Positions 26,955-40,115 of a DNA stretch of 64,000 nt are shown piece after piece; the first letter of the stretch is position 1; every line of letters starts with the position of its first letter. The notes under the pieces were generated by a model. That model did no database searches. It worked only from the letters and a program-made list of their open reading frames with translations, and was not told where the DNA came from. This DNA comes from a virus. Where the stretch lies: IMG/VR virus record IMGVR_UViG_3300021093_000006. The stretch is one strand, 5' to 3'. Position numbers and translations under genes: made by a program.

Positions 26955-29900
26955 CTAACAATTATGAATTAATTCTTGATTATAAAAAGGACCACCCTCT
27001 TCCCAATCTGGATCACCCAAAATAGTAACATTTCCTTCATATTCATTACTATCATAAATCTGTGTAATAAAAACTGTATTATAATCACTAATTAATGTAT
27101 TCGCTTTTCTAACACATTTATCATATTTATTCCTAAGTCCCGCAATAAAGTTTCTTTGTCTTTCATATGATGTAGTACCTGGCGTAAAATTAGAAAGATT
27201 ATTTTGCGCCTGTATCAATGATTGTGTTATGCCACTACAACTCATAAAATTATTTAAATAATTATTTTGTTGTTCTATATATTCAGTCTCTAACTGAGAT
27301 AGGTTATCTAATAACTCAGTTAATTGATTATTAAGTTGTGTTATTAAATTATTTTTTTCACTTATCTCTAAATTAATTTCTGAAATACTAACACTTAAAT
27401 TAGGTGTATTAGTATCCTGTAAATTTAAAGAACATAATTTACTATTTAATAAATTTAATTGTTGGTTTGCAATCGCAATTTCAATCTCTTTATTACGTAT
27501 TTGATTTTTAATGTTATTTATCTCATCACTAGTCGGATATATTGGTTTTTGTTCTACTAAAGAATACAAAGTTTCTTCACCTATACTGAAATCAGTTTGG
27601 GCACTTAAAGGACAATCATTTTCAACATCAATAAAATTTAAACTATATTTTTTATATTTAAATTTATTTTGATCAAATATAGTATTCCTATAAATTTTAC
27701 CCGAATTATCACAACCTTCCCATATTGTAGTTGCAGGAACTACTTGCTCAATTAAATCTAACCAATAGTCACCAATTTTATCCATAAATTCAAACATCGT
27801 ATCATATGTAAATTTACCCGATAAATCTTTACCACAATTACTAGCGTTTAAGTACAATTCGTAGAATAATCTAAGTAATGGGTAATCACTTATAGTTTGT
27901 CTACTTTTGACATCAATTAAATTACGTAAAACCATTTGATCAAATACATCCTTAACCATTATAGTAGTTGGGTCAGTATCAAAATAATCTAATGGGTTAA
28001 TACAAACTGAATATGTATTATTAGTAGTAACACCTGAAACACATTCTTTCATTTTACCACAATACTCACAATCACCTTTACAATTTGCACACTCATCAAT
28101 ATCCCTCCAATAACAAACTTCATTAAGTTCATCCCAACGATAATTTTTACCTAAACCTAATCCATCTACACCAGTATCATTTAATAATTTATTAATAGAT
28201 AAACAACATTCTTTTGTGATTTCACTACTTTGATTAAATGTTTGTGCGGTTATTCCTACCCCAATTTGTTGTTCAACACCACCAGTATAAAGTGGTGTAC
28301 CTGAATAAACATATATTTCAAATAAATTAATTGTCCCATCACTGTCCTCAACAATAAGACTAAATAAATTATCTAAATTTTTATTATTGTTTAGAACTAA
28401 AATATCACTATTACAACTATCTTTATCTATATAAAATTTAGAAAGTGTTTCACCTTTATCTAATAAATCGTAATAGTTGACATTAAGGGATTCAGAATAA
28501 TTACCTGTTAATGAATAATAATCATTTTTTAACTCTAATAATTGATTTTGTAAAACATCAGTAAATGTCTCACAACTAAATGGTATACTACTAGATGTGG
28601 ATGCACCTAAATCAATAGTATAATTTGTGAGTGTATTATTAATATTTAATACACCATTAAAATTAATGTAGGTAGATATTTGATCTTGAAAAATGTATTC
28701 TTCTGCCTGTTGGAATAACATATCTTCTCCCGATTGGAATATCTTATTATCTGTTTCACAATTTGTAGGGCAGTTATCACAATCTATTTTTTTCCAAAAA
28801 TTAAATACGTCACACTCAATTGATTTTGCTGGATCAATACTAAATGTTGTATTTTTAACATTTAAAATTAAATCAGAATGGTATACATCATAATTAGTAT
28901 AACGATATTCTAATTCAGTCCATAATCTATCTTCTGGACTACTGAATTTAACAATCTCATAGTTATTTGTTGATGCAGTGTTACATTCACCATCAGGATA
29001 AACAGTTTCTTTTTTAACACCACCTTCATAATACACCCAAGATTTTTTATTGTCAATAACACAACTCAATTGTGGTATCATACAATCATTTATGGATAAT
29101 ATTCTATTAGTTTTACAATCAGAAACATTAACCATTATATTATCCACTAATAGACAAACATTACATTCATAGTTTTCTATTTCTATAGAGAAAAAGAACT
29201 CTTTATTCGGATATAATCTCCTTAAATCATCACATACACATTCAGGAATAGTAAAATTAAATGTTTTCCAATCTGGTTCAAATAAATTACTGTTATATAC
29301 TATATTTTGTGAAGATAATTGACTGAATATAGAGTCTTCTATTTGTGCCAATAATTGTTCGTCACCATCTATAATAATACCACTATAACCTTGTGTCGGA
29401 TCAAACTCCCAAATAGGGTTCACCGATTGTGTGTATGGTAAATATGTTAAGTTTGTATCAACACTATTTTGAGTAGTTATATTATTATTATCAACAAATA
29501 ATTTAAAATTTATTTTTAAATCATCAATGTAATTTAAATAATTGTTATTATTTGTTTCCTCATATAACTCATAATTACTTAATAATGTATTATACCAATT
29601 GTTATAACATTCCTCAACCTTTAATCCTATATTTAATAATATTTCATTTACTTCTTCTAGATATTTTTCTAATTCTATTAATATATTAGAATCACAACAT
29701 ATATTATTAATTGTAACTAAAATACATTGTTTTTGAGAGGAATCATAAATTGACTCAACACCAGTAACTTCTTTAGTACAACATTCTACAGAAATTGTTT
29801 CACCATTACTTAATATTACCCCATTTGGTGTAATAGCGATACTATTAAGTGGATATAAGGTATTACAATTTACCGCAAAATTATCTATTTCTTCTGGTTC

Positions 29901-32900
29901 AAGTGCAATAACTACACCTGTACCACCTACAGGCCCTACAGGACCTACAGGTCCTACAGGTCCTACAGGTCCTACAAGTCCTACAGGTCCTACAGGTCCT
30001 ACAAGTCCTACAGGTCCTACAGGTCCTGCTGGGTTAGTAAGTATACCCGTACCACTCGTTCCGCCACCAGTAGTTATTAAACTCCTAATACCATAACAAG
30101 GTCCTTTTTTATATAATTGTGGATTTGTGCCAGGAATTAAAGTCCAATCTTCATTATAATAAGATGGATCCATAACTGCTCCCGCAGGAGTTGGTCCACT
30201 AGCAGGGTTTATTAAATATTTATATCCATTACCATAATCATAAACATAACTACCTATAGTTAATGTACATCCGTAGACAATAGGTGTTCCACCACCACCT
30301 TTACCCCCACCAGCTACTGTAATAGATTTATAAACATTTTGTTGTTGATTACTATTTTTTTCTATTACCTGTTGATTACTATTATTTTCTTTTAAAAGAG
30401 TTTCTATTTCAGATTTTTCATTAGTTAAAGTATTAATCTGATTTTGATTTTTAGTTAATTCAATATTTAGTCTAACTTTTTGTTTATCAGTAAGTGTTAT
30501 ATAACCACTAGTATCCGTTATACTTTTTTCAGTTACACCTAAAATTTTGGCAGTTCTACTAATAGTGTTTTTTGTATCATTAGATAATAATGTAGATTTT
30601 CGCAATGATTCGTCATAACTTAAAAAACTATTAGCGTTTGTTGTTAATCTATTTATATTAGTTGTTAAATCTTGTATTTGTTTTTCTAATTCAATTATTA
30701 AAACAGAATTATTATCAAATTTTGCCTTTACTAATTGTTCATTTAATTGATTTACATTTACACAATCACTAAACAATTGGGAATAAATGATTATTTGTTC
30801 TTCATTTTCTTTTGTTTTAGAGGAAACACAATTATTATATTCTTTATTTTTAGAACCATCATTTTTTTGATTACCATAAACAATTATGGTACAATAACTA
30901 AAATAATCAAAACTTTTTAATTCTTTTATTTTGTTTTCATAAATACTACAATCCAAACTAGTATCTACATTAGTTAAAGCTTTTTGTAGAACTACAATAT
31001 CACTTTCTTTTTTACTAATAATATTTGTAGTCTGAGCCAATTTATTTTTAAGTGCAGTTTCCTGAGAACTATACACTTGTATTTGTTCATCTTTTTGAGT
31101 ATCTATAAAATTAGTTTCTTTATTTAATTCCACTAATAAAATAGGATCGACACCAATAGGCGTATTAGTAGAATTACCACCACTAACAGGAGAATTAACA
31201 CAATTTGTATTGTATAAATCAATAATTCTATCTATTTCAGATAGTAACTTTTGAAAATCAGAATTAACTTTACTCCATAAACCACACTCTAACGGTAATT
31301 GTAATGAGCATATATTTTGTGTTGTTATATATTCACCATAATTGATTTCACATGCATCTACATTAAAATTAATATTGTAACAATTATCTAATAATAAAAT
31401 TAATTCATTTTTAATTTTAACATACGCCTTTATGTAAGATAAAAGTTCTGAATAATTAAAATTCAATGAATTTAAAAATTCATTCGAAGGATTATTTGAC
31501 AATGTATTATAGTTTTGTATGATAGTATTAACCCAAACTTGATTAGTGGATGCCCATTGATTTACTGAAACTACATTACCCCCAATTCCGATACAACATT
31601 CATTATTTGGTTCTAAGACATTAGTATTTTGCCATATCACATATTCTTCTACAGGATCTAAACTATCATTAAAGTTAGTTTGTAAATTTTGAGATTCTTC
31701 ATCACTATTAGTAAATGCAACAAAATTTAAACAATTTATATTTGTTTTAGTTGCATCATATATTATAGCTGGATGACAAGTTATTTGATCCGCACAATCT
31801 ATTAAATTTTGTGCCTCATATTTTAACATATAGTCAAATGAAAAATCAATAGTACAACTACAATCATCTAATTCAGGTAATTTAAAACCACTCCATTTTT
31901 CACTAGCAAATACAATTGATACGTTATTTATTGCATCGCACGATAATTTTGTAGGGTCAACCGCCGCAGTTATTATACTATTAGGATTTGTCGTATAAGG
32001 GTTATTCCCATTAAAAGGAATCAAAGTATTATTAGTATAATCAATAGTAAATTGACCAAACTGATATCCATAATATTCTGCAATGTTTTTATAAAGATTA
32101 CTTAACTCATCAGAACTATTCCAATCTAAAATAAAATTATTATCGTATATAATAGGCGTAAAACTTATTCTACCATACTCATCTATCGATTCTACTTCCC
32201 AATTTGATGGTGTCATAAGAGATGGATCTTGTAAAATAGAGTTAGGTAATGGTGCAATAGATATTGTTCCATTAGCCAAACCTTTAACTATTCTAGCCTC
32301 ATTAAAACAATCCCAAAATATTTCAGTCGCATAGTAATTATAAACAGAACCTACTGGGTTTTGTAAATTATAATAACTATTATTAACTGAAAAATCTATA
32401 TAAGGTAAAGTATAATTACTACTTGATGTTGTTAATTCCGTAACAGTATTTTCATTTGTTTTTAAACAAACAATATAACTAGATACTTGATTATTTTGTA
32501 GAGATATCTTAGGTGTAGCAACATTTAAAGAAGTTGATGGTGTTGACTGATTTGACGAATTTTGAGTTACCACTTGATAATCAAAACCGTACCAAGCACA
32601 ACACTCTGGACTACTTACAATTGAAGTTTGATTACAACTTATTTCATTAAAATAATTACTACAATTAGATAATATAGGTACACCTATAAGACTATTAGTT
32701 AATAGACTAGGATTATTATTAGCAATACAATAGTTTGATATATAACTTTCTGGTGACCCATATTGTTGTTGGAATTCTGTCAATGATATCTGAGTATTTA
32801 TGTATTGGTAACATTTACCATTGATTTGATATGTTCCTTCTTGTGGGGTAGTATTATTAGTCATAGTAAATACTACTATACCATTAGGTAAAAATGAATT

Positions 32901-35411
32901 AGGTGTACCTATACAAGGTGCCAACTTAGAACAATATTCTGTCTGTCTACCATATTCATTTACATATGAAACATAATTACCCCCTAATGATACACAACAA
33001 GAAGGGAATTCGTCAAATGATACTTTTAAACCATCGTCATTAGTATAATAATAAAAAGGACTACATTCTTCCAAATTTAAATTAGAACAACTATACTCAA
33101 TTAAATCCTTTTCTGTTTTATTTAAACAAATTTGTAATGTTTTATTAATATCACAATTTTCTGTAGCGACTTCATTTAAACAATTTTTTAGCGATAATTC
33201 ATAGTTATTTTTTATAATTTGCCATTCAGGTGAATAAATCAAATAATTATCTTTTTTTATTAATTCTAAAAATGCATTATATTGAGTTTCTGCCTCATCA
33301 AAAGATTGTTGTAAAGTAGTTTTACCATCGTTTTGTAGTGGGGTTTCAATTATACTATATTCAACATCTAAACATTCTTCAATTGGTTGGTAACCGTTAA
33401 TTAATGAGTTAAACGTAATTTGTGTAGTATAAATATCAGAATTATCACTTATACCGTTAAAAATACCATAGTTATAGTTTAAAAAGTAATTTTGGACTAA
33501 GGTATTCGCGGTTATAGTTACTGTTGGCTCATTATCAAAATTAGGTATAAAACATCTACTAAAATATTGTAAATATTCGTTACCGCCATCATAAGGTCCA
33601 ACATGAGGATTATTACCGTTCAAAACTGATACAACATTAGAACCGTAAGTTTCCCTATACCATCCTCCAGCTTTTTGAAAGTACATTTCAGTAAAATCAT
33701 TTTCTACTAAACCACCAGTTTCTGGATCAATAAAATTACTTATTACTATGTCACCATTAATAGGTGGTAATGGAAAACCATTTTCATCATACGGTATATT
33801 ATCTAAATTAACTTGTCCCGTATAAAGATATAAAAGTTTTTTAATTTCTTCTATATCTAAAGGTTTATCCACAATGACAATATATTCATTAAAATTAACT
33901 AACGATTCTGGTGCCCCAATGAATCTAAATAAAAATTCTACTGCCTTTCTACTACCCTTACTTTTCCATAACCAAGCAATATTAAGAATTAATCTCCTAT
34001 AAAGTTCAATATCTATTTCAGCTTGTGTCATATTTACCGATGTCCCACTAAAAGTAGTAGAACCATTACTAGGTAAAAATAATTTACTAAATGAAGCATC
34101 AGTGATAAAATTTATAGGTTCTAACCCTAACATAAAAGCCAAATCTTTTACTAAAGAATCTGGTACATTATTTCTTTTATCGTATGTTACTACATGTGCA
34201 AATTTTATCGCATTTATATATTTTTTTACATAATCAAATTCAACACCATATATTCTAAGTAATTTAGTAGCCTTTTCACCATTTATTACATAATCATTAC
34301 CATCTGCCTTAGGCAATGAATCAAAACTACTTATTGCTTCAGTAGTATATTTTCTAATTATAGTATCAGTTTTTGTCTCATCTAAACCTTCACCTAATTT
34401 ATTTAACGAATCTAAGTATGCAATATAAAAACTATCGAAAAAATTTAAATTGTATCCATCTTCTAATATTGGGAAGTTTAATATAGACTTAGATGTTAAT
34501 AATACACCATCATCAGTATAATTAGTACTTATTATTTCAGATTTATATTTTGGGTATATATTTCTATTTAAAATGTTTAATTGGAAGTCATTTAATCCAC
34601 TAAAGAATTTTTCTATTTCATCCTCATTTGGTTTTATAAAATAAGGTATCGATGCGTTTACATTGTTAAATAAGAAAGATAATTGGGGTATAAAGATACC
34701 CGTTAATTCAGGAAATGGATTACCCTCAACAACTAATCCTAAAACAGAATTTGTTTTTTGAACTGACGGTGTTATATTTTTAATTTTCCTAACAATACCA
34801 TTATGCTCTACAACATAAGAACCATATTTTAATGTAAAATTTCTTAATGGATTGGATGTATCGTTATTACCAACGTATTGAGAATCCAATGTGTATTTAA
34901 TATTGTAAGGGTTAACAAAGAAATTACTATTTACTGAAAAAGTAGATTCGTCCGCTTCAATATCATACACATAATCAGTAATATTGTATCCTGTTATACT
35001 ACCAACTTTATTATCAACATAAATAGCGGCAGGCCATTTTTCTTGAATTTCAATAAGGGATGCCCTAATTAATTCTTTAGCTGATCCATACCATATATAA
35101 CTTAATGGATTTGTTATATCTAAATTTAATTTAGTTCTAATATTTTTTTGAATGTCTAATTGAACTGTACCTTCATTTACAATATCATCTAATGTAAAAA
35201 ATTTAGATCTAGCACCCTGTTTAAATAAAATATCTGGTTTAGGATCTAAATTTACGGATATTGAAAAATTACCGTTTGTGAATAACGTAGTACCTCCATC
35301 ACTAGTAAGTTGAAAACCTACTAAATCAGGACTAAAATCCCTATACTCAATGTTATCATTGAAAAATATTCTTTGAGCATATCCCGCTACTTTTATTCTT
35401 TTATTCACCAT
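26955..35411 (-). CDS. Giant 2818-aa baseplate/tail protein with a P2 gpI-like region, CC motifs, coiled coils and a collagen-like tract
   Basis: [14 protein letters not shown]...[32 protein letters not shown] resembles Tail_P2_I; G(P/L)V x11; C-terminal heptads. Confidence 0.65.
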   Translation of the reverse strand: MVNKRIKVAGYAQRIFFNDNIEYRDFSPDLVGFQLTSDGGTTLFTNGNFSISVNLDPKPDILFKQGARSKFFTLDDIVNEGTVQLDIQKNIRTKLNLDITNPLSYIWYGSAKELIRASLIEIQEKWPAAIYVDNKVGSITGYNITDYVYDIEADESTFSVNSNFFVNPYNIKYTLDSQYVGNNDTSNPLRNFTLKYGSYVVEHNGIVRKIKNITPSVQKTNSVLGLVVEGNPFPELTGIFIPQLSFLFNNVNASIPYFIKPNEDEIEKFFSGLNDFQLNILNRNIYPKYKSEIISTNYTDDGVLLTSKSILNFPILEDGYNLNFFDSFYIAYLDSLNKLGEGLDETKTDTIIRKYTTEAISSFDSLPKADGNDYVINGEKATKLLRIYGVEFDYVKKYINAIKFAHVVTYDKRNNVPDSLVKDLAFMLGLEPINFITDASFSKLFLPSNGSTTFSGTSVNMTQAEIDIELYRRLILNIAWLWKSKGSRKAVEFLFRFIGAPESLVNFNEYIVIVDKPLDIEEIKKLLYLYTGQVNLDNIPYDENGFPLPPINGDIVISNFIDPETGGLVENDFTEMYFQKAGGWYRETYGSNVVSVLNGNNPHVGPYDGGNEYLQYFSRCFIPNFDNEPTVTITANTLVQNYFLNYNYGIFNGISDNSDIYTTQITFNSLINGYQPIEECLDVEYSIIETPLQNDGKTTLQQSFDEAETQYNAFLELIKKDNYLIYSPEWQIIKNNYELSLKNCLNEVATENCDINKTLQICLNKTEKDLIEYSCSNLNLEECSPFYYYTNDDGLKVSFDEFPSCCVSLGGNYVSYVNEYGRQTEYCSKLAPCIGTPNSFLPNGIVVFTMTNNTTPQEGTYQINGKCYQYINTQISLTEFQQQYGSPESYISNYCIANNNPSLLTNSLIGVPILSNCSNYFNEISCNQTSIVSSPECCAWYGFDYQVVTQNSSNQSTPSTSLNVATPKISLQNNQVSSYIVCLKTNENTVTELTTSSSNYTLPYIDFSVNNSYYNLQNPVGSVYNYYATEIFWDCFNEARIVKGLANGTISIAPLPNSILQDPSLMTPSNWEVESIDEYGRISFTPIIYDNNFILDWNSSDELSNLYKNIAEYYGYQFGQFTIDYTNNTLIPFNGNNPYTTNPNSIITAAVDPTKLSCDAINNVSIVFASEKWSGFKLPELDDCSCTIDFSFDYMLKYEAQNLIDCADQITCHPAIIYDATKTNINCLNFVAFTNSDEESQNLQTNFNDSLDPVEEYVIWQNTNVLEPNNECCIGIGGNVVSVNQWASTNQVWVNTIIQNYNTLSNNPSNEFLNSLNFNYSELLSYIKAYVKIKNELILLLDNCYNINFNVDACEINYGEYITTQNICSLQLPLECGLWSKVNSDFQKLLSEIDRIIDLYNTNCVNSPVSGGNSTNTPIGVDPILLVELNKETNFIDTQKDEQIQVYSSQETALKNKLAQTTNIISKKESDIVVLQKALTNVDTSLDCSIYENKIKELKSFDYFSYCTIIVYGNQKNDGSKNKEYNNCVSSKTKENEEQIIIYSQLFSDCVNVNQLNEQLVKAKFDNNSVLIIELEKQIQDLTTNINRLTTNANSFLSYDESLRKSTLLSNDTKNTISRTAKILGVTEKSITDTSGYITLTDKQKVRLNIELTKNQNQINTLTNEKSEIETLLKENNSNQQVIEKNSNQQQNVYKSITVAGGGKGGGGTPIVYGCTLTIGSYVYDYGNGYKYLINPASGPTPAGAVMDPSYYNEDWTLIPGTNPQLYKKGPCYGIRSLITTGGGTSGTGILTNPAGPVGPVGLVGPVGPVGLVGPVGPVGPVGPVGPVGGTGVVIALEPEEIDNFAVNCNTLYPLNSIAITPNGVILSNGETISVECCTKEVTGVESIYDSSQKQCILVTINNICCDSNILIELEKYLEEVNEILLNIGLKVEECYNNWYNTLLSNYELYEETNNNNYLNYIDDLKINFKLFVDNNNITTQNSVDTNLTYLPYTQSVNPIWEFDPTQGYSGIIIDGDEQLLAQIEDSIFSQLSSQNIVYNSNLFEPDWKTFNFTIPECVCDDLRRLYPNKEFFFSIEIENYECNVCLLVDNIMVNVSDCKTNRILSINDCMIPQLSCVIDNKKSWVYYEGGVKKETVYPDGECNTASTNNYEIVKFSSPEDRLWTELEYRYTNYDVYHSDLILNVKNTTFSIDPAKSIECDVFNFWKKIDCDNCPTNCETDNKIFQSGEDMLFQQAEEYIFQDQISTYINFNGVLNINNTLTNYTIDLGASTSSSIPFSCETFTDVLQNQLLELKNDYYSLTGNYSESLNVNYYDLLDKGETLSKFYIDKDSCNSDILVLNNNKNLDNLFSLIVEDSDGTINLFEIYVYSGTPLYTGGVEQQIGVGITAQTFNQSSEITKECCLSINKLLNDTGVDGLGLGKNYRWDELNEVCYWRDIDECANCKGDCEYCGKMKECVSGVTTNNTYSVCINPLDYFDTDPTTIMVKDVFDQMVLRNLIDVKSRQTISDYPLLRLFYELYLNASNCGKDLSGKFTYDTMFEFMDKIGDYWLDLIEQVVPATTIWEGCDNSGKIYRNTIFDQNKFKYKKYSLNFIDVENDCPLSAQTDFSIGEETLYSLVEQKPIYPTSDEINNIKNQIRNKEIEIAIANQQLNLLNSKLCSLNLQDTNTPNLSVSISEINLEISEKNNLITQLNNQLTELLDNLSQLETEYIEQQNNYLNNFMSCSGITQSLIQAQNNLSNFTPGTTSYERQRNFIAGLRNKYDKCVRKANTLISDYNTVFITQIYDSNEYEGNVTILGDPDWEEGGPFYNQELIHNC
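29926..30027 (-). repeat. 9-bp tandem repeat encoding (G-P/L-V)11
   Basis: ACAGGTCCT repeated on the plus strand. Confidence 0.92.
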
Positions 35412-35419
35412 TTAGGTTT

Positions 35420-36322
35420 TTAAAAATTAGTTATGTCATCAAAATCTTTTGTTGGATCAATAGTAAACTTCTGTTCTCTAACTTCATACAATGGTTTACC
35501 TGTAAATTGATCTTTAACTTCATATAAATTGTATTGTCTATAAATTTCATTACCGAAATTGTATATAGTATAAATACCATCTTCCAAAGATTTTGTTTGG
35601 TTGGAGAATAATGCATATGCTAAAGTTTCTTCATCAAACTCTACCATCTCTATTTCCAACATAACTGGATTAAAAAACGTATTTGTAATAATAACTTCTT
35701 GTTGTGGATTACCAATAAAAGGAGTCGCATTTGGTTTTATTGATGGTGCGGAAGCTGGAGTAACTGTACAAAAAACACTTGTTGAATTGTCGTTAAATGT
35801 ATAAGCTTGTGACGCATTTGAATTACCTTGATTTTGTGTAATGGGTAATGCCCTATTATTTGATGTGACTATCCTAAATAAATTTTGAATTTTGTCTTGT
35901 CCAGTACCAGTTTGTTCTTTAAGATATTCTATCCTATACCCAACTAAGTTACCATTCTCAAATCTATTTTGAAACTCTAATGGTATTTGATTTATATTAA
36001 AGACTATTCCCTTCACATCTTGATTATCAATAAGAACCGCACAATCTTGTATTATGGCTCTAATTTGTTTTGGTCGTATAATAATATTATAATAACCTTT
36101 TGCCCCAAAAACTGATGTAGGTAGTTTTAATGTGTATAATCCACCAAATATTTCACTTATATTACTAGGATTTGATGCGGGTATCAATACTTGTGCAGGG
36201 TCCAAAGGAAATAACTCTACCGATGTTATTGATTCTCTATTAGGTGTATAACTGTAAAAAATTTCTACATCTTCTACTGATACATCTGCTGGTCTTATTG
36301 TTCCATAATTTCCTGTTGCCAT
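35420..36322 (-). CDS. Probable virion structural protein, function unknown
   Basis: 300-aa ORF inside the tail module. Confidence 0.65.
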   Translation of the reverse strand: MATGNYGTIRPADVSVEDVEIFYSYTPNRESITSVELFPLDPAQVLIPASNPSNISEIFGGLYTLKLPTSVFGAKGYYNIIIRPKQIRAIIQDCAVLIDNQDVKGIVFNINQIPLEFQNRFENGNLVGYRIEYLKEQTGTGQDKIQNLFRIVTSNNRALPITQNQGNSNASQAYTFNDNSTSVFCTVTPASAPSIKPNATPFIGNPQQEVIITNTFFNPVMLEIEMVEFDEETLAYALFSNQTKSLEDGIYTIYNFGNEIYRQYNLYEVKDQFTGKPLYEVREQKFTIDPTKDFDDITNF

Positions 36323-36332
36323 AACTTTATTT

Positions 36333-37208
36333 TTATATTCTTATAAATCCACCTCTATTTGTGTCAATGTCATTAGTTGATTTGATTTCTGATAAAATTG
36401 CGTGTCTTTCAAATATATCAGCAATACCTCTATTTATAAATACCACACTCTTAACTTCTGGTTTAAAAACTACACCTAAATATTCTTCTTTTTTTGTATT
36501 TGCGTTAATAGATGTATTAAATTGATTCCATCCACCATTTGAAGCTATAAATTCTGTTTTATTATAACTTATTTCTTTACCGTATTCATCTATTGATTTT
36601 TGGTATTCATCTTTAAATGTTTTATAAAAAACACCTGTATTTTGTATATCATTTACCAATGAACCTATTTTATATGTAGTTTCTGTTAAACTATCATTTA
36701 TAACCCCATTAAATATATTTTTAGGATCATCAGAAACATTTAAATTTGTGACATATATATCATTTCCGTTAATATCTTTTCTATAAGATTTAACCTGTTT
36801 AAGTAACCCATCATCAGTAGTGCCAGTTATAGTAGCAACAGGACTAAAATAAAAATTTAATGGTGCACCCGCCAATCTACCGTATTCAAAAGAATTAAAA
36901 CCAACAGGTTTATTAATTAATGACGGATTTTTTGGTATAAATGATTCATCAGTAAATAACCCCATGTCATCAATATCTTGTTTTAGAAAAACATTTATAT
37001 CGATAGTATTAGGTATTTTTTGTCCAAAAGAATCTAAAATAAAGTTACCTTCTTTATCTATTTTAAAATTAGGTATTTTACCATAATAATAATTAGGGTT
37101 TGTTTCATCTATTATAGTTTTACCTTCAGAATTTTTTATCAAAACACTTTTAGGTATACTTCTTATAGTATAATTTTCTAAATTTCTTTTTTTCCTTATT
37201 ATTTCCAT
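36333..37208 (-). CDS. Probable virion structural protein, function unknown
   Basis: 291-aa ORF at the head of an operon. Confidence 0.65.
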   Translation of the reverse strand: MEIIRKKRNLENYTIRSIPKSVLIKNSEGKTIIDETNPNYYYGKIPNFKIDKEGNFILDSFGQKIPNTIDINVFLKQDIDDMGLFTDESFIPKNPSLINKPVGFNSFEYGRLAGAPLNFYFSPVATITGTTDDGLLKQVKSYRKDINGNDIYVTNLNVSDDPKNIFNGVINDSLTETTYKIGSLVNDIQNTGVFYKTFKDEYQKSIDEYGKEISYNKTEFIASNGGWNQFNTSINANTKKEEYLGVVFKPEVKSVVFINRGIADIFERHAILSEIKSTNDIDTNRGGFIRI

Positions 37209-37215
37209 ATCATTT

Positions 37216-37222
37216 ATAAATA
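37216..37222 (-). promoter_or_regulatory. TATTTAT putative late-promoter motif
   Basis: gaTATTTATaaa, 7 nt before the start at 37208. Confidence 0.5.
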
Positions 37223-37223
37223 T

Positions 37224-38114
37224 CTAAGGAGTGATTTGCCAAAATGTTAGTGTAGGAATTCCGCCGTTTGATGGGTTTAGATTAACACCTGGAGGTAATT
37301 GTAATTGTTTAGCATTAGGTGAAAATTTGTATTTATATATTCCATTATCATTTTTAAGAATAATTTTTAAATAAAAAATACCATTTTCACCTTCTAAACT
37401 AGTTATTGTTATATTATTTGGGTTAATGGTTTTAGATGCTGCCATATCATATGTTTTACCATTACCAGCATTGTTAAATTGCACTGCACCATAAATAATA
37501 TATTCTTGATTAGGTGCGGTATCAACTAAATCCTTAAACCAATATATTTGAAATCCTTCATTTATTTCTTCTGGTTGTGTTACAGGATCACCTAAAGTAA
37601 AAGTTATAGGACAATCATCTATGGGTAAGACAAACCCGAATGAATTTTCTTGTTCTTTACCTACCTGCACATAAACATCATAAAATGAAAGTAATTCATT
37701 TTGTCCACTATAAGGTTTATCAAAAAGTGAAAATCTTATAAAACTATTTATAAATCTATTAGTTCTACAAAAAATATCATCAAATATAAAACCAATATCT
37801 TTATATAAACCAGGTACCGCACCTGTTCCCCTATGTAGAGGTGCACCTAACGCAATACTTTCTGGTGTATAAAAATTTAAATTTATTTTAAACTTACTTA
37901 TTAAATTCCAATTATTATCTGCGGGTTTAAAAATAACTTTTTTATAATCTATTATCGGATTTATAGAATTTTCTACTTCTTCATCTACAAATTTATCTTG
38001 TATTAGTTCTGCATTATCAACAGGAAAAAAATTTGTACCCAATGCGATATCAATAGTAGTTCCACTACCAATTTTATCAATCAATATTTTTCTTTTATCA
38101 ACAAACATCGTCAA
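37224..38114 (-). CDS. Probable virion structural protein, function unknown
   Basis: 296-aa ORF in the baseplate operon. Confidence 0.65.
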   Translation of the reverse strand: MTMFVDKRKILIDKIGSGTTIDIALGTNFFPVDNAELIQDKFVDEEVENSINPIIDYKKVIFKPADNNWNLISKFKINLNFYTPESIALGAPLHRGTGAVPGLYKDIGFIFDDIFCRTNRFINSFIRFSLFDKPYSGQNELLSFYDVYVQVGKEQENSFGFVLPIDDCPITFTLGDPVTQPEEINEGFQIYWFKDLVDTAPNQEYIIYGAVQFNNAGNGKTYDMAASKTINPNNITITSLEGENGIFYLKIILKNDNGIYKYKFSPNAKQLQLPPGVNLNPSNGGIPTLTFWQITP

Positions 38115-40113
38115 TTTCTTTTTCTTTTAATACTGAGAAATCAATACACCCACCACCAATATCTCTTTTACCTAATTCATAGTCACCAATATAATCCCCT
38201 AAAGTCACCTCCAACTCAATAGGTATAAAACCATTATAATTAACTAAATTTAATAAACCATCTGATCCACCAGCATTAACAATATTAGATACTAATGTAC
38301 CAGAAGTAAAAGTATATCGTAAAAAAGTAGGATCTTCTATTAATTTTAAAAATTTATTTTGATTTACGTTATTTACATCAGATGCCCCTAATGTAAGAGT
38401 TTCCGATATCAATAGAAATTCACATGGCGGATCTTGCCTTTGGAAATAAAATCTTTTATCTAAATATAGGTAATGTGCCCCATCTTCAAATGGGTAATCT
38501 ACTCCATTACCAGTACTATCTATTTCACCTATTTCTAATAAATCTCTCCATTTAAACACGTTTGGAGAAATCTCTGTCGCATAATCAGGTATTCTAAATG
38601 ATTTTCTTAACTTAACTAAATCTGTTGGGTTAGTAATGTTATATTTATCAATAATAGATTGTAAATTAACTACTGGATTTATAAAATTCGCAAATTCTCT
38701 AATTTGTATTAAATTAAAAGGTGAATATATATAACCCTCTGTTTTATTTTCTTTTGTATTATCTATTTCATTTAATCTTTCTCTATAAACTGTATTAATT
38801 CTATGGTATATTACTTCTAACCTTCTTTCCAATAATTCATTTTCATTATATTCTACAATATCACCATCAAAAATATCATCTGATTCATCTATATTTTCAT
38901 AATAGAATGAACCAACAAAATTAGTATCACCATATGATCTTACATTATAGTTTACATTTGTATCATTTTCTAATAGATAACCTGCGGAAATCTTAGTCCA
39001 AAATCTTGTATTAAATGGTGTCGGTAAATTTTGTTGTTTATATTGCCAATATTGTGTATTAATCGATGTTGGATCGTTATCGTTATCATTTTTTACAATA
39101 GTCAAATATAATTCACTTAATGGTCTATTTAAATTATCTACTAATCCATTAACATCAACGTCTTTTTTAAAATTAAATGCCGCAACATCGTCATTAAAAT
39201 ATGTAACCCCATATGCGGCAGGGTATATATCATAATCTTTATAATCAGAACTAGTTAAAGATTTAAATTGTCTAACATAATAAGATGATGGTTTATTTCT
39301 AACTACTCTTTTAACTGTACTAATACCAACAGTAAAACTTATATCCGATGGATTAACATCAATTACAAAAGTTCTAAGTTTATTATCATTAGTTTGGTTA
39401 CCTAATTTAAAAACTTTAAAAGGTTTTACCCCTAAATTTAAAGTATTATTTAGTGTGTTATCAATAAAGTTTAATAAACTTATTCTATCACCATCTATTA
39501 ATCCGTGATTCATTGCAGTTCTAAAACCAGTATATTTTCTACCATTAAGTTTGATTGTAAACTGTTCTATAATTGGTATTCCGTCTTTTAATGAAATATT
39601 TGCACCATTTTTAACTATAACTATATCTTTACTTTTAAACGGGTATGTTATTTTCAATAAAAAATTCTGAATACCATCACTATCCAAAAAATTTAATCTA
39701 TCATAACCAGGATCAAATGGGAAGAATTCGCATAACGCACTTTTGTTATCATTAAATTGTAACGCATCTTCATCAGGTTCATCATTATAATAACCTATCC
39801 AGCCATCTTTCTCAAATATTGCACTACTTAAAATTGGTTTACTTACAATATTTTGGTTTTGATTCCTATAAATTTTTATATTTTCATTAAAAATAGTGTT
39901 ACTTATAACTGGTTTAACTACGCCATAAAATCTATATATACCACTTTCTCTTCTTTCCTTTTCGAATTGTTCAAACTGACTTACTGTTGTATCAACTTTA
40001 TTAAGTGGTATAGGTTTATTAACATTTTCTAAACCAAATTGTATTTGTGTATCTACATTTACATTATTAGGTAATCTAACACTATTTAATAATATTTTAT
40101 TTGTATCTTCCAT
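38098..40113 (-). CDS. Probable virion structural protein, function unknown
   Basis: 671-aa ORF in the baseplate operon. Confidence 0.65.
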   Translation of the reverse strand: MEDTNKILLNSVRLPNNVNVDTQIQFGLENVNKPIPLNKVDTTVSQFEQFEKERRESGIYRFYGVVKPVISNTIFNENIKIYRNQNQNIVSKPILSSAIFEKDGWIGYYNDEPDEDALQFNDNKSALCEFFPFDPGYDRLNFLDSDGIQNFLLKITYPFKSKDIVIVKNGANISLKDGIPIIEQFTIKLNGRKYTGFRTAMNHGLIDGDRISLLNFIDNTLNNTLNLGVKPFKVFKLGNQTNDNKLRTFVIDVNPSDISFTVGISTVKRVVRNKPSSYYVRQFKSLTSSDYKDYDIYPAAYGVTYFNDDVAAFNFKKDVDVNGLVDNLNRPLSELYLTIVKNDNDNDPTSINTQYWQYKQQNLPTPFNTRFWTKISAGYLLENDTNVNYNVRSYGDTNFVGSFYYENIDESDDIFDGDIVEYNENELLERRLEVIYHRINTVYRERLNEIDNTKENKTEGYIYSPFNLIQIREFANFINPVVNLQSIIDKYNITNPTDLVKLRKSFRIPDYATEISPNVFKWRDLLEIGEIDSTGNGVDYPFEDGAHYLYLDKRFYFQRQDPPCEFLLISETLTLGASDVNNVNQNKFLKLIEDPTFLRYTFTSGTLVSNIVNAGGSDGLLNLVNYNGFIPIELEVTLGDYIGDYELGKRDIGGGCIDFSVLKEKEIDDVC

Positions 40114-40115
40114 TT

